Assembly (NCBI GenBank): GCA_039811685.1
Contig: JBDHZC010000002.1
Span: 608,001-672,000 of the forward strand
Direction of reading: 5' to 3'
DNA from: Armatimonadota bacterium
GTDB taxonomy: Bacteria; Armatimonadota; UBA5829; DSUL01
DNA length: 64,000 nucleotides
Within the stretch, counting starts at the first letter, position 1. The number at the start of each line of letters is the position of its first letter. Below are positions 1 through 10,449 of this stretch, piece by piece. The notes beneath the pieces are model-generated. The model saw only the letters and a list, made by a program, of their open reading frames with translations. It did not search any database and had not been told where the DNA came from. The translations under genes and the position numbers were made by a program.

Positions 1-57
1 AGAACCAGCCTCAGCGCACGCGGCTACAACCGGTGAAGTGGAGACCAGCTGCAGGAA

Positions 58-1419
58 TCAGGCGCTGGCGCCGTAGCGGCGCTCGGCATCATGGAGTGCC
101 GCTTCCAGGAGACGCTCCAGAGTTTCCCGCTTATGTTGCTCGTGGCCGTTACCAGTGCGTTGTAAGGCGTTGCGGGTATCCACCACCAAGGCACAGCCTT
201 CCAGTTTCTCGTACGGCAGGTCAGAGTGGTCAGTGCAGATGAGAACGCAGTCTGACTGCTTCAGTTCATCATCTGTGAGATCGACAGAATCAAAGCGCCC
301 GCATCCGTTCTCGAAGCTGTAAACATGCGGATCGTGGTAGTGCACGCGCGCCCCACGGGCGACAAGGTTTTCGATGACCCGAATGGCGGGAGACTCGCGC
401 ACATCGTCAATATCTTTCTTGTACGCGACACCCAGAACCAGAAGGTTGGAGCCTTTGAGCGGCTTGCCCTGCTCGTCAAGCGCATAGGCGACCTTGTCCA
501 CGATCTTCTCCGGCATGTGTTCGTTAACATCGTTAGCCAGCTCGACAAAACGCAGGTTGAAGTTGTGCTGGCGGGCCTTGAAGAGCAGATACTGTGGGTC
601 AACCGGAATACAGTGCCCACCGACACCCGGCCCAGGATAGAACGGCATAAAACCGAACGGTTTGGTAGAGGCCGCCTGAATGACCTCCCAGATGTTGATG
701 CCCATCTTCTCGCACAGCATCGCCATTTCGTTGGCAAAGCCGATGTTGATGTGACGGAAGGTATTCTCGTAGAGCTTTGTCATCTCAGCGGTGCGCGGTG
801 AGCTGACGGTATGCACTTCTTCGGCGACAACGCTGTAGAAGGCTTCAGCCAGCGCAGTGGCTTCAGGAGTCGTGCCAGCGACGATCTTGGGAGTGTTGCG
901 CAGGGTAAACTCCGCGTTGCCAGGATCTATACGCTCCGGTGAAAAGGCCAGAAAGAAGTCCCGTCCCGCTTTGAGTCCGGACGTCTCCAGAATTGGTTGG
1001 AGAATCTCTTCGGTGGTGCCTGGAAAAGACGTGGACTCCAGAATAACCAGATGTCCCGGTTTGAGCTGCGAGGCCGCCATCTTCGCGGCAGCTTCTATGA
1101 AAGAGAGGTCCGGCTCGTTGCCGTGGCTGCACGGCGTGGGAACACAAATGGCGATAATGTCGGAAAGGTTCAGATACTTGGTGTTGGAGGTAGGTATGAA
1201 GCGCTCGCTGTTGATTATCTCAGCGACTGAGCCGGAGGAGACGTCTTTTATGTAGCTTTCGCCCGCCTGGAGCATCAGGAGCTTCTGGCCATCTATGTCC
1301 ACTCCTGCGACCTTCAGGCCAGCGCGAGCAAACTCCACTGCAAGAGGAAGCCCCACGTAACCCAGCCCGATCACTGCCAGCTTCGCCTGCCGCTTCGCTA
1401 TTTTCTCCAAAAGCACCAT
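58..1419 (-). CDS. Nucleotide-sugar dehydrogenase (UDP-glucose/GDP-mannose dehydrogenase family, WecC/WbpA-like)
   Basis: Rossmann VIGLGYVGLP, FSPERIDPGN, catalytic GPGVGGHCIPVDP, GVAYKKDIDDVRESP. Start moved to MVLLEK (1419); ORF track begins at 1464. Confidence 0.92.
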   Translation of the reverse strand: MVLLEKIAKRQAKLAVIGLGYVGLPLAVEFARAGLKVAGVDIDGQKLLMLQAGESYIKDVSSGSVAEIINSERFIPTSNTKYLNLSDIIAICVPTPCSHGNEPDLSFIEAAAKMAASQLKPGHLVILESTSFPGTTEEILQPILETSGLKAGRDFFLAFSPERIDPGNAEFTLRNTPKIVAGTTPEATALAEAFYSVVAEEVHTVSSPRTAEMTKLYENTFRHINIGFANEMAMLCEKMGINIWEVIQAASTKPFGFMPFYPGPGVGGHCIPVDPQYLLFKARQHNFNLRFVELANDVNEHMPEKIVDKVAYALDEQGKPLKGSNLLVLGVAYKKDIDDVRESPAIRVIENLVARGARVHYHDPHVYSFENGCGRFDSVDLTDDELKQSDCVLICTDHSDLPYEKLEGCALVVDTRNALQRTGNGHEQHKRETLERLLEAALHDAERRYGASA

Positions 1420-1811
1420 AAGAAAAAGTCGCGTCCTTTCTGCAGTCGTTAGACGAGGAGCCATACCGCCGTCTAAACAGCCAGTATCGACAGCCCGTTA
1501 GCACCGCCAGCCGGCAGTCGCGGCGGTGTATCGCTGTCTCGAGTCTGTGCCAGACTTCTGAAAGCCTGCCACACCCCGCCGGCCCGAGGAAAACGAGTGC
1601 CACACCCCTGCGTTTTGCGCTGACCGGCTGACCTATTGTATTGTGGCGTCCGCACGCCAAATCTGAACCTTTTCCTTCTGAAAAGCCAGATACTCAGAAG
1701 TCTATTTCAGATGTTTTTTCCCACTGTTGAGCCGAAGCATTCTATCTTTGGCACATAGAATTGTCAATTGTTGCACCATACCTGAACACAATTCAGCCGG
1801 TGCACGCGAAG

Positions 1812-4778
1812 CTACTTGGCAATCAACGCTGCAGCGATTGCGACGTTTCCGACAATGCGGGCAATCTCAGAGATGCCATCCCACCGGTTGCGCGGCGCGG
1901 TGAGGGCTTTTGCTGGAACGATGATGATGTCGCCAAGCTCCACCTCCCGCACGGAAGAGCGGGGAGCGATGTCTCCATTGGCGCGTACGACGACAACATT
2001 CTTCTTGTCTGCGTCGCGCGCATAGTTACCGACTCTCTTGACATAGTCGTCAATCCGCTGTCCCGGACGGTAAACAACCACAGAAGGGTTTATGACCGCG
2101 CCTGCGACACTGACCACCAGCGGTTTCTTCGGGACGACCAGTTTATCGCCAGCTTCCAGCGGAATGTCGTCCTCAGACCCGGGATGAGCCAGCGCGGAGG
2201 TAAGGTGAATTGTCAGACGGCTGGTCCTGGATACCTGCTCCACTGTGCGGGGTTGGTCCAGCATCACTTCCCCACGCGGGCCAGCCTGCGCCCCCCTGGA
2301 CTGGTCCGCAATGTTGGTGAGAACGGACGTGGCAGCCAAGGTCGTGTTCCCCGTGGAGACCGACGGTGTTGAAACGGCCGGCGCCCGGATGCCGTACTTC
2401 GCCAGTTCGAGTGTTCTGAGCTCATCGCTCAGCTTGTCGAGTCCCTGCTGAATGTCAGCGGCGATGTCAACCTGGCGCTCGGCCAGCACCACGCTGGTAT
2501 CTCGCGCAAAGATTGCGCCCTCCGCGAAGGCGTCTCCGGTCAGTCCACCAGCTCTGGCTATCAGGCTGGAGAGCTTCTCTCCGCGAGCCGTCAGAGCGTA
2601 TGGTCCGGGGTACTTCACTTCACCAGCCAGATAAACCACCTCGGCCTGAACCTGCGCATCCCGCCGGTTGCGCACGGAAACCTGATCCCGATCCTGCAGA
2701 ATGAGATTGTCCGTTTCAGCGCCGTCCATGGCTTTGGCAAGGTTGACGGTGAGCACCTGCAGTTGTCCGTTCTCCGCCGGATCAGCGCGGCCAATCTCAA
2801 CTACTCCGTAAGCCTCGGGTTTCGCCCCACCCGCAGCTATGATCAGGTCGCGCAGGCGCATGTTCTCTTTGCGCTCATAGACTCCTGGGCGGCTGACCTC
2901 ACCCTCAATGCCGACAGTGCGGTTCAGAGAGGCGGCTTCTTCAAGAGAGTAGATAATGACGCGGTCGCGCGGCTGAAGGGCGATATCCTGCGAAGCTTCA
3001 CGCGCCATCGCCCCCCTCAGGTTGGCGCTGAGAAGCTGCGTGCCGCCGTCCGGAGTCACGCGGATAACTGTGGCGCGGTCAAGGAAAATCTCGGTGTCAT
3101 CAAAGCCTTCGGCGCGCTGCACGAGAGCCGAGAGCGTCATAGCGTCGGAGAGCTCGTAGGCGCCCGGGCGCTTGACATGACCGATAATCTCCACCCGATT
3201 AGCGGCGTCGTCCAACACCGGACGAACCAGCACAGAGTCACCGTTCTGCAATGGAATCCGCCAGTCCGGCGCAGTTGGGGAGGACAGGGCTAGATCCATC
3301 ATGATCTTCTTTGTGGAGCCAACTACACGCTCAATGCGCACATCGCTGAGGGAAGCCAGACCGCTGGCGCCGCCAGCCATCCGCAGGACGTCGCCCACGT
3401 CGGTAGGGCCGTTTATCTCATATATCGCAGGGCGGCGCACTTCTCCCAGCACAGTTACGGTGGGACCAAGTGCAGGCACAAACACACTGTCTCCGCTTTG
3501 CAGTGTCAGGTCCTTTGAGCGGTCTCCCTTGAGAAGGATGTCGTACAGATCAACGGTGGCCAGAGTCTGTTTGTTGCGCTCAACGCGGATGGTGCGCAAA
3601 GAGCCGGTCATGCTGGGGCCACCGGCGCTGTACAGAGCGTTCAAGAGCGTGGACAGTCCCGGAAGAACATAGGAACCCGGCTTCTTGACTTCGCCGATAA
3701 CGAACACTTGAATGGGGCGGATCGAGCTCAGAGCCACCTGCGTCATCAGAGCCGGAAACTTGGCCCGCACCTGACCTGCGATGGCCTGCTGAGCGCCCAG
3801 GACCGTCATCCCGCTGACTTTGATGAGGCCGACATTGGGAATCTGCACGCGCCCAAGGGCGTCCACCAGAAGCTGCAGATTCGTCTCCTGGCCAACAGGG
3901 CTCGTGAGGATGACACGGACGTAATCCCCCGGACCGAGCGGGTACTCGGCCGGAGCGGGAAGATTTGGAATGGGTTGAAATCCTTCACTGCCCGCATTGA
4001 AGAAGTCGTAGCCAAAGGGCGTGACCTGGAGACCCTGCGGCCCGGGGGGCAGCAGGACTGGCGAACTCAGAACCGGCGCTTGCTGCGGCTGCGGCTGTGG
4101 TTGAGGAGGCTGGACAGAGGGCGTGACCGAAGGCGCGGATACTTGCGTCTGTGGAGGCTGCGAAGGCTGCAACAACCCGGGCTGAAGGGCGCCTGGCGCA
4201 GAAAGTGGTTGCGCGCCAGTCGAGACGGCGGGCGGATAGATGGGCAACGGCTGCGGCTGGGGCGGCTGTCCGGCAGTGCTTTGAGACGGCGAGGTGGCTG
4301 ATGCTCCTGGTTGTGAAGGCTGCAGCGCAAACGGAGACGGCGGCTGCGGCGCTGGATAGCTAACCTGAGGAACAGCAGGTGGTGCGATGGAACCTGAAGG
4401 AGCCGGCGCGGGAACTCCATAGCTTCCTGGTGGAGCTATGGCAGCCGGCGGATAGACGAAATAGTACTGCGGGCCGCTGTAATACTGCGGAGGGAGAAAC
4501 TGCGGTGTCGCTGAGGCGGGCGGATAGCTGTTGACACCGGGCGCGGGGTATTGCCACGGCTGCCCGGTATACCTCACAGGCGGCATTGCGTACGGCGGTG
4601 GGTAACCAGGGCTGTAGGTGTACCCATAATAGTTGTAGCCGTAGCCGGGGTTGGAATAGGCTGGGCTTTGCGTCTGCGCGTTCGCGACAGAGAGCAGTGC
4701 CAGAAATACTCCCAGCGATACCGAAGCGCACCGTACCTTTGCGCCGAATCTCAAGAGTCTGTTGTAGGGGTTAGGCAT
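1812..4778 (-). CDS. Polysaccharide export protein with multiple SLBB domains (Wza/KpsD-like) and a Pro/Gln/Tyr-rich N-terminus
   Basis: Signal peptide; PFGYDFF..YPLGPGD poly_export motif; repeated V.GEV..PG.Y / L...AGG SLBB units; GGAGG upstream of ATG 4778; next to the sugar dehydrogenase. Confidence 0.88.
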   Translation of the reverse strand: MPNPYNRLLRFGAKVRCASVSLGVFLALLSVANAQTQSPAYSNPGYGYNYYGYTYSPGYPPPYAMPPVRYTGQPWQYPAPGVNSYPPASATPQFLPPQYYSGPQYYFVYPPAAIAPPGSYGVPAPAPSGSIAPPAVPQVSYPAPQPPSPFALQPSQPGASATSPSQSTAGQPPQPQPLPIYPPAVSTGAQPLSAPGALQPGLLQPSQPPQTQVSAPSVTPSVQPPQPQPQPQQAPVLSSPVLLPPGPQGLQVTPFGYDFFNAGSEGFQPIPNLPAPAEYPLGPGDYVRVILTSPVGQETNLQLLVDALGRVQIPNVGLIKVSGMTVLGAQQAIAGQVRAKFPALMTQVALSSIRPIQVFVIGEVKKPGSYVLPGLSTLLNALYSAGGPSMTGSLRTIRVERNKQTLATVDLYDILLKGDRSKDLTLQSGDSVFVPALGPTVTVLGEVRRPAIYEINGPTDVGDVLRMAGGASGLASLSDVRIERVVGSTKKIMMDLALSSPTAPDWRIPLQNGDSVLVRPVLDDAANRVEIIGHVKRPGAYELSDAMTLSALVQRAEGFDDTEIFLDRATVIRVTPDGGTQLLSANLRGAMAREASQDIALQPRDRVIIYSLEEAASLNRTVGIEGEVSRPGVYERKENMRLRDLIIAAGGAKPEAYGVVEIGRADPAENGQLQVLTVNLAKAMDGAETDNLILQDRDQVSVRNRRDAQVQAEVVYLAGEVKYPGPYALTARGEKLSSLIARAGGLTGDAFAEGAIFARDTSVVLAERQVDIAADIQQGLDKLSDELRTLELAKYGIRAPAVSTPSVSTGNTTLAATSVLTNIADQSRGAQAGPRGEVMLDQPRTVEQVSRTSRLTIHLTSALAHPGSEDDIPLEAGDKLVVPKKPLVVSVAGAVINPSVVVYRPGQRIDDYVKRVGNYARDADKKNVVVVRANGDIAPRSSVREVELGDIIIVPAKALTAPRNRWDGISEIARIVGNVAIAAALIAK

Positions 4779-4961
4779 GCCTTTGATCCTCCAGACGGAG
4801 CCTGCAAACGTAGAGTGCGCCTTCCTTAGCTGCACTGACTGTCACCATACAACAAAGCCCGCCGCCGCAGCCGCTCTGACGGGTGGGTGAACGCCTCATC
4901 ATATACCACTGCAAGACTCCCGGCGTCAAGAATTCTTGAACTTATGGCTCAGTCTCAACTT

Positions 4962-6701
4962 TTACAGACGCTTCGGCGCAGCGTATGTGACACGCAGCCG
5001 GTACGGCAACGCCCGGCGTCCCGCTGGCAGACTGGAAGCCTGCAGGTCAAAGCTGTACCAGCCTGTGCGCAGAGCCGTAACTCTCAGCGCGGCAGTTCTC
5101 GATCCGCGGCGAACGAGTAACGCACCCAGTGTGCGTCCATCCGGTCCGAGCGCTCTCAGCCGCACGCGAGTGCGCACAGTCCAGTCTGTCCGGCTCAGAA
5201 AAAGCTCAGCTTTCATGGCTGTTAATCCGGTGGCAAAGACCCGCACCGGAGTCACTGGTTTGATGCCCACAGGTGGAATGTCGAGGTCCGCAGCGCCTTC
5301 GTAGACCTGGGTTACAGTGTAGGACGCAGGTGGTGGCACGATAAGTTTCCGGCCAGCGGGAGCATAGCAGACGTATCCGTGCCCGTCTGAGTTGGCTGGA
5401 ACAGTTAGCGTGATCACCCCGTAATCGCCTGTGGCTACATCCGGCGCATGACCTGTGTAGTCGTGGAGAATCACACCAGGCCCCCAGCCAGTGGCCGGGG
5501 TCACTGTCCTGCTGACGGATGGGCTGTCGTTCAGGCCTACCAGAAGAGCCGGCTGGCCGTCGCGCGTGCGCTCGTAAACAAAGACATCGTCATCTTTCCA
5601 GCGCTCGCGCGTAGCGGTAGCGTCAAAGGTGTTTCTAATCGCAATGAGACGGTCAATATCAGGTTTGAGGCCCAGACATCCGGGGCGAACACTGTAATCC
5701 TGGTAGAAGACGCACGGAGTGCCTTCGCTGGTCAATATGCAGGCGTAGGCGATGGCTTTGTTCGGCACAGGGTCTTCACGGATGGTGTCGTGGTTGTCAA
5801 CAAAGGTTACAGAGTGGGAGGCATCCCGGCCTGTGAAGCCGCCCCGGTGCAGACGCCGCATATCGAAGGAGCCGTTCGCCCTGCACATATCCCGCAGCAG
5901 ATAGCGCAGTGGAAAATCAAAAGCGCTTACGCAGCCAGCCATACAGCTCTGGACATAGTCCGCGACAGCCTTGTCATCGCCGTCCCAGAACTCCGCTACA
6001 GCGAACTTGTCCCTGCGACTACCCTCACGCAGCAAGCTCATCAGCCACGTGCAGGAGATGCCTTTGACGTAGTCCAACCGATAGCCCTGAACGTCCAGTG
6101 CCCGCGTCATCCAGTCCACAGAGTCCTTGAGTCCCTCGCCGATACGCGCGCCGTTGACATGCGCGACATCCCGTCCGAAAGAGGCGATATCCGCCGGGAC
6201 GTCAGGGTCCTGTGGCACGTTCGGGTGAAAGTCCTTCGCGCTCTTGGGAAAGCGCCCCGTGCCGGGTACCCCGCCAGCTCCGTTGTAAGCAAAAGTGTAG
6301 TTGCCTGGATCGCCGTTGCGGTGGTTCAGCACCAGGTCCACATAGACGGCCAGGCCGTTTGCGCGCATTACAGCGACGCTGCGCTCCAATTGCTCACGAG
6401 TCCCGTAGCGCGTTGGGACAGTTCCTCTCTGGTCTTTTGATCCGAGGTCGTAGTCGTCGAACGGGTCGTACCCGACCGAGAATCCGCCAGAGGCGCCCTT
6501 CAGCACGGGAGGAATCCAGACAGAAGTGAAGCCGCTGCGCCCAAGCTCTTCCGCTTCAGAGGCGAGCTGATCCCACCACCAGGGAGCCAGCTTGTCTCCA
6601 GCAGCGGGCGACGGCACATCCCAGTAGAAACCCTGCAGCATAACCGGCGCGCGCGCCAGCGCGACGCTTGAGCCGGCAATGAGCCACGCGCAGGCTACCA
6701 A
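4962..6701 (-). CDS. Secreted alpha-amylase (GH13)
   Basis: VMLQGFYW, GYDPFDDYDLG, DLVLNH, GYRLDYVKG (nucleophile), VAEFW, FVDNHD. Start uncertain; TTG 6701 chosen to avoid overlapping the fur gene. Confidence 0.88.
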   Translation of the reverse strand: MVACAWLIAGSSVALARAPVMLQGFYWDVPSPAAGDKLAPWWWDQLASEAEELGRSGFTSVWIPPVLKGASGGFSVGYDPFDDYDLGSKDQRGTVPTRYGTREQLERSVAVMRANGLAVYVDLVLNHRNGDPGNYTFAYNGAGGVPGTGRFPKSAKDFHPNVPQDPDVPADIASFGRDVAHVNGARIGEGLKDSVDWMTRALDVQGYRLDYVKGISCTWLMSLLREGSRRDKFAVAEFWDGDDKAVADYVQSCMAGCVSAFDFPLRYLLRDMCRANGSFDMRRLHRGGFTGRDASHSVTFVDNHDTIREDPVPNKAIAYACILTSEGTPCVFYQDYSVRPGCLGLKPDIDRLIAIRNTFDATATRERWKDDDVFVYERTRDGQPALLVGLNDSPSVSRTVTPATGWGPGVILHDYTGHAPDVATGDYGVITLTVPANSDGHGYVCYAPAGRKLIVPPPASYTVTQVYEGAADLDIPPVGIKPVTPVRVFATGLTAMKAELFLSRTDWTVRTRVRLRALGPDGRTLGALLVRRGSRTAALRVTALRTGWYSFDLQASSLPAGRRALPYRLRVTYAAPKRL

Positions 6702-6720
6702 TAGAAGGCGAACGAGTCTG

Positions 6721-7212
6721 TTATCTCTTCTTCTGGCACTCAGGGCAGTAGCCGCCCACCTCGCAGCGAGCCATCTCAATGGTGTAGCCGGTCTGAGCCT
6801 GAATCTCACGCTCAACGTCTGCCCAGGCTTGCGGACTGGCTTCACGCACCTGGCCGCACCCTGTACAGACAATATGCAGGTGCATTTTGTCTGGCGCAAG
6901 CTCGTAGAAGTGTCCGTCGTGACGGAAGTGCAGCAAATCCAGCTCGTCTATCAGGCCAAGCTGCCGCAAACGCCGGATGGTGCGGTAAACAGTGGTTTTA
7001 TCAATGTCAGGAACCCGCCGCTTTGCCTGCTCCAGAAGCTTCTTGGCGTCCAGGTGGTCGGCTGCGTTGTCCAGAAGGTCAACGATAGCCACCCTCTGAC
7101 GCGTCATCCGGATTCCCTTTTCCCGGCACGCCTGCTTCAACGCCCCGCGTGGCCGCGCTGGCGCCGTGCGTTCACGCGTTGATTTTTGATCGGAGTCACT
7201 CACATGAGGCAT
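6721..7212 (-). CDS. Fur family transcriptional regulator
   Basis: RMTRQRVAI, TTVYRTI, HLHIVCTGCG, GYCPEC. Confidence 0.9.
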   Translation of the reverse strand: MPHVSDSDQKSTRERTAPARPRGALKQACREKGIRMTRQRVAIVDLLDNAADHLDAKKLLEQAKRRVPDIDKTTVYRTIRRLRQLGLIDELDLLHFRHDGHFYELAPDKMHLHIVCTGCGQVREASPQAWADVEREIQAQTGYTIEMARCEVGGYCPECQKKR

Positions 7213-7472
7213 GGTGCGACTTTGAGCAGATCTTGTCAATGCCCGGACAGCGCACGTCTCCGAAGGAGATACACTCCTCTGGCGATAAGGAGTTAGCGAG
7301 TTGGACTGCTCAGCGAAAGAGGTCTGCAGGCCGCCTGAGCGCCGCGACCCCGTGAGTATCTGATACGCGTTTTTGAGAAGTGTTGCGCCGGATTACCCCG
7401 CATGCAGCGCAGAGCGCGAAGCCTGCGTCAACTTGTGGACCCGGCCTGAGTGTCAACTGGGAGCTTGGAGCA

Positions 7473-8861
7473 ATGGAACTGATAACGCCAGAGATCACCC
7501 CGCCGCTGGAAGACAGCTATCGACCGGCGGTCCTTGCCAACCGTTCTTTTTGCAGTGCGGTGAATGAGTCCGGCGGAGGACTGCCGCTGCGGATTCTGCT
7601 GGAGCGAGGCGGCGGGGCGACGTCAGTCTTTGACACGTACGTCTTTGCCGCAGGTCATCCGCGGGAACAGGAAAATCTGAGGTACGTGGAGCGGCTTGTC
7701 AAATTCCTGCTGTGGCAGCGGGGCGGCTGGCGAGTGGTAATCGGAGGGCCGCAGGCTATTGCCGAGCATATAAAACAGGTGTACAGCCCTGGCGGCGCTC
7801 GCGCGTTTGACTATGAGTTTATGGGCAATGTTTACGGCCACCGCTTTACGGTGGAGGCCTGCGGTGCAGACGAGATCGAAGACCCCAAGGAAACGGCCGT
7901 GGCTGTGGGCCGGCATACGGACGGCTGCCGGATCGGCTTTGACGCCGGGGCAAGTGACTGGAAGGTCGCTGCGGTCATTGACGGGGAGAGCGTCTTCAGT
8001 ACAGAAACTCCCTGGGACCCGCGCAACAACAGCGACTGGCGCTATCACTACGGACACATTAACAACGCGCTGAAACTGGCGGCGTCCAAAATGCCCCACC
8101 TGGATGGAATCGGAGTCAGCTCGGCAGGAATCTATATCGACAATCAGGCGATGGCGGCATCGCTGTTCAGGGGAGTTCCCAAAGCGGATTTCGAAGAGCA
8201 CGTCAAACCGATCTTCCTCAATATCCAAAAGGAGTGGGGAGTACCTCTGGAGGTAGCCAACGACGGCGATGTGACAGCGCTGGCCGGGTCTATGTCGCTG
8301 GGAGTCAACCGCGTGCTGGGCATTGCAATGGGCTCCAGTGAGGCCGCTGGCTACGTTGACGCAAGTGGAAACATCACTGGCTGGTTGAACGAACTCGCCT
8401 TTGCGCCGGTGGATTACAGCCCTTCCGCGCCTGTAGATGAATGGTCTGGCGACAGTGGCGTGGGGGCGCTTTATTTCTCCCAGCAGGCAGCCATTCGTCT
8501 GGCGCCAAAGGCGGGCATAGCGCTTAAGGAAGGCTCCATGCCCGGCGACAAGCTGGCGGAAGTACAGCAGATGATGAAGGCCGGAGATGAGCGCGCGGCG
8601 GCAATTTTTGAGAGCATTGGCGTCTATCTGGGCTATACAGTCGCTGAGTACGCGAGCTTCTACGATCTTGCCCACGTGCTGGTGCTCGGCCGGGTGACCT
8701 CCGGAGAGGGTGGGCACATCATTCTGGACACGGCCAAGCGAGTGCTGGAGAAGCAGTTCCCGGACCTGGACGACATCAGCGTGAACCTACCGGATGAGAA
8801 GAGCCGGCGGGTTGGCCAGGCGGTCGCGGCGGCCAGCCTTCCAGAGGTTGCAACCGCCTAG
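7473..8861 (+). CDS. ROK family protein (sugar kinase-like)
   Basis: IGFDAGAS, LEVANDGDVTALA, GIAMGSSEAAG; N-terminal extension. Confidence 0.8.
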   Translation: MELITPEITPPLEDSYRPAVLANRSFCSAVNESGGGLPLRILLERGGGATSVFDTYVFAAGHPREQENLRYVERLVKFLLWQRGGWRVVIGGPQAIAEHIKQVYSPGGARAFDYEFMGNVYGHRFTVEACGADEIEDPKETAVAVGRHTDGCRIGFDAGASDWKVAAVIDGESVFSTETPWDPRNNSDWRYHYGHINNALKLAASKMPHLDGIGVSSAGIYIDNQAMAASLFRGVPKADFEEHVKPIFLNIQKEWGVPLEVANDGDVTALAGSMSLGVNRVLGIAMGSSEAAGYVDASGNITGWLNELAFAPVDYSPSAPVDEWSGDSGVGALYFSQQAAIRLAPKAGIALKEGSMPGDKLAEVQQMMKAGDERAAAIFESIGVYLGYTVAEYASFYDLAHVLVLGRVTSGEGGHIILDTAKRVLEKQFPDLDDISVNLPDEKSRRVGQAVAAASLPEVATA

Positions 8862-8995
8862 GCGGCAGGCCGGGTGGGTACGTGAAAACCTATGAATCCT
8901 GAGGCGCACGAAAGGCGGCGCTTGCACAAGGGAATGGTGAAGTCCTGAACGAACCTTCAAGAGACTTCATTCCCAATCTATCCTAGAGGTTATCA

Positions 8996-10000
8996 ATGGC
9001 AAAAGACACTGGCATCCGCGTTGGCGTTATCGGGTACGGCGGCGCGTTCAATATGGGCAAGGGACATCTGTCCCACTGTCAGGCGGCGGGAATGATACCG
9101 TCTGCGGTGTGCGATCTCGACCCGGCCCGCACAGAAGTGGCCAAAGCGGACTTTCCCGGTATCGCGACGTACAACAACGTTGAGGAGTTTCTGACCAAAG
9201 CGCCAGTGGACCTGGTCATTGTTATTACACCGCACAACACACATGCTGATCTGTGCATCCAGGCTTCCAACGCCGGCAAGCATGTGATTACTGAAAAGCC
9301 ATTCAGCATCACCGTCGCCGAAGCCACCGCGATGATTGAGGCGGCCAAGAAGGCTGGAAAGATGCTCAGCGTCTATCACAACCGGCGCTGGGACGGGGAC
9401 TTTATGGCCATCCGTCAGACTATAGAGGCGGGACTCATCGGCGACGTGTTCTCCATTGAGATGGGGATGGGCGGCTACGGGCACCCCGGAACCTGGTGGC
9501 GGGCGGACAAGAAGATATCCGGTGGCAACTTCTACGACTGGGGCGCTCACATCATTGACTGGATGCTCCACATTGTGAACAAGCCCATGGTGGACGTGAC
9601 CGGCATCTTCCAGAAGCGCGTCTGGATGGACGTCACCAACGAGGACCATACACAGGCCATTGTGCGCTTTGAGGACAACGTCTGGGCGAATGTAGAGATG
9701 TCGCAGATTGCGGCGGTTTCAAAGCCGCGCTACCGCATTCTGGGCACAAAGGGCGGCATTCTGGACCGATGGGAAGGGCATTTCACCCTTTTCAGCGACA
9801 TCGCGGGCTTGCGGGCAGAATCGAAGGTACCCTATTTGAAGGACGACTGGGCGGCGTACTACGGCAATATTGCCGCGCATCTGAGTGAGGGAGCGCCGCT
9901 GGCCGTGACACCTGAGTCAGCGCGAAGGATCATCTCTGTCATTGAGACAGCGGAGCGTTCCGCTGAGGCTGGTAAAGCGCTGGCGCCACCCTTCCGGTAG
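8996..10000 (+). CDS. Gfo/Idh/MocA family oxidoreductase
   Basis: VGVIGYG, HVITEKP, HNRRWD, GGNFYDWGAH. Confidence 0.92.
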   Translation: MAKDTGIRVGVIGYGGAFNMGKGHLSHCQAAGMIPSAVCDLDPARTEVAKADFPGIATYNNVEEFLTKAPVDLVIVITPHNTHADLCIQASNAGKHVITEKPFSITVAEATAMIEAAKKAGKMLSVYHNRRWDGDFMAIRQTIEAGLIGDVFSIEMGMGGYGHPGTWWRADKKISGGNFYDWGAHIIDWMLHIVNKPMVDVTGIFQKRVWMDVTNEDHTQAIVRFEDNVWANVEMSQIAAVSKPRYRILGTKGGILDRWEGHFTLFSDIAGLRAESKVPYLKDDWAAYYGNIAAHLSEGAPLAVTPESARRIISVIETAERSAEAGKALAPPFR

Positions 10001-10089
10001 ATCGCGAGAGACCGCCGGCGGATTGCGGCAGTGTAGCAGATACCGCCGGCGTGTTGCGGCACCGTAACAGATACCGTAACACATACCGC

Positions 10090-10389
10090 CGGCGGTTGAA
10101 ACCGCGCCTGCGCAAACAAAGCCTGCCTGCGCAGGCTCAACTCCCGCAGTGTCCGCAGGGACACTTCGTACGGTAGGCGCGACTTCAGCCGCCGAGAACC
10201 CCCAGATTATCCCGCAGGCGGTTGAAACCGCGCCTGCGCAAACAAAGCCTGCCTGCGCAGGCTCAACTCCCACAGTGTCCGCAGGGACACTTCGTACGTA
10301 GGCGCGACTTCAGCCGCCGAGAACCCCCAGATTATCCCTCCGGCGGTTGAAACCGTGCCTACGCAAACAAAGCCTGCCTCCGCAGGCTC
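10090..10389. repeat. Tandem ~125-bp palindromic units (about 2.4 copies), GTAG-type REP/BIME-like
   Basis: ggcggttgaaaccg recurs at 10091, 10217 and 10342. Units hold gtaggcgcgacttcagccgccg, its near reverse complement cggcggttgaaaccg(c/t)gcct(g/a)c, and hairpins gcctgcctgcgcaggc and gtgtccgcagggacac. Confidence 0.85.
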
Positions 10390-10417
10390 TGCGTATGATT
10401 GTTCGATGGAGGACACG

Positions 10418-10449
10418 AAAAAAAAGCCCGCTGAGATTCCTCAGCAGGC
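10418..10449 (-). terminator. Intrinsic terminator
   Basis: Minus strand gcctgctgag-gaat-ctcagcgggc followed by 8 T. Confidence 0.65.

Noticed and set aside
1460..1510. RfaH ops-like ggcggt elements upstream of the sugar dehydrogenase
   Set aside because: They do not match GGCGGTAGnnTG and are expected by chance at this GC content.
10090..10389. Possible CRISPR array
   Set aside because: Whole units repeat with no unique spacers.
9859..10416. ORFs with repeated peptides such as LRRQALFAQARFQPP
   Set aside because: Artefacts of the ~125-bp palindromic repeat.
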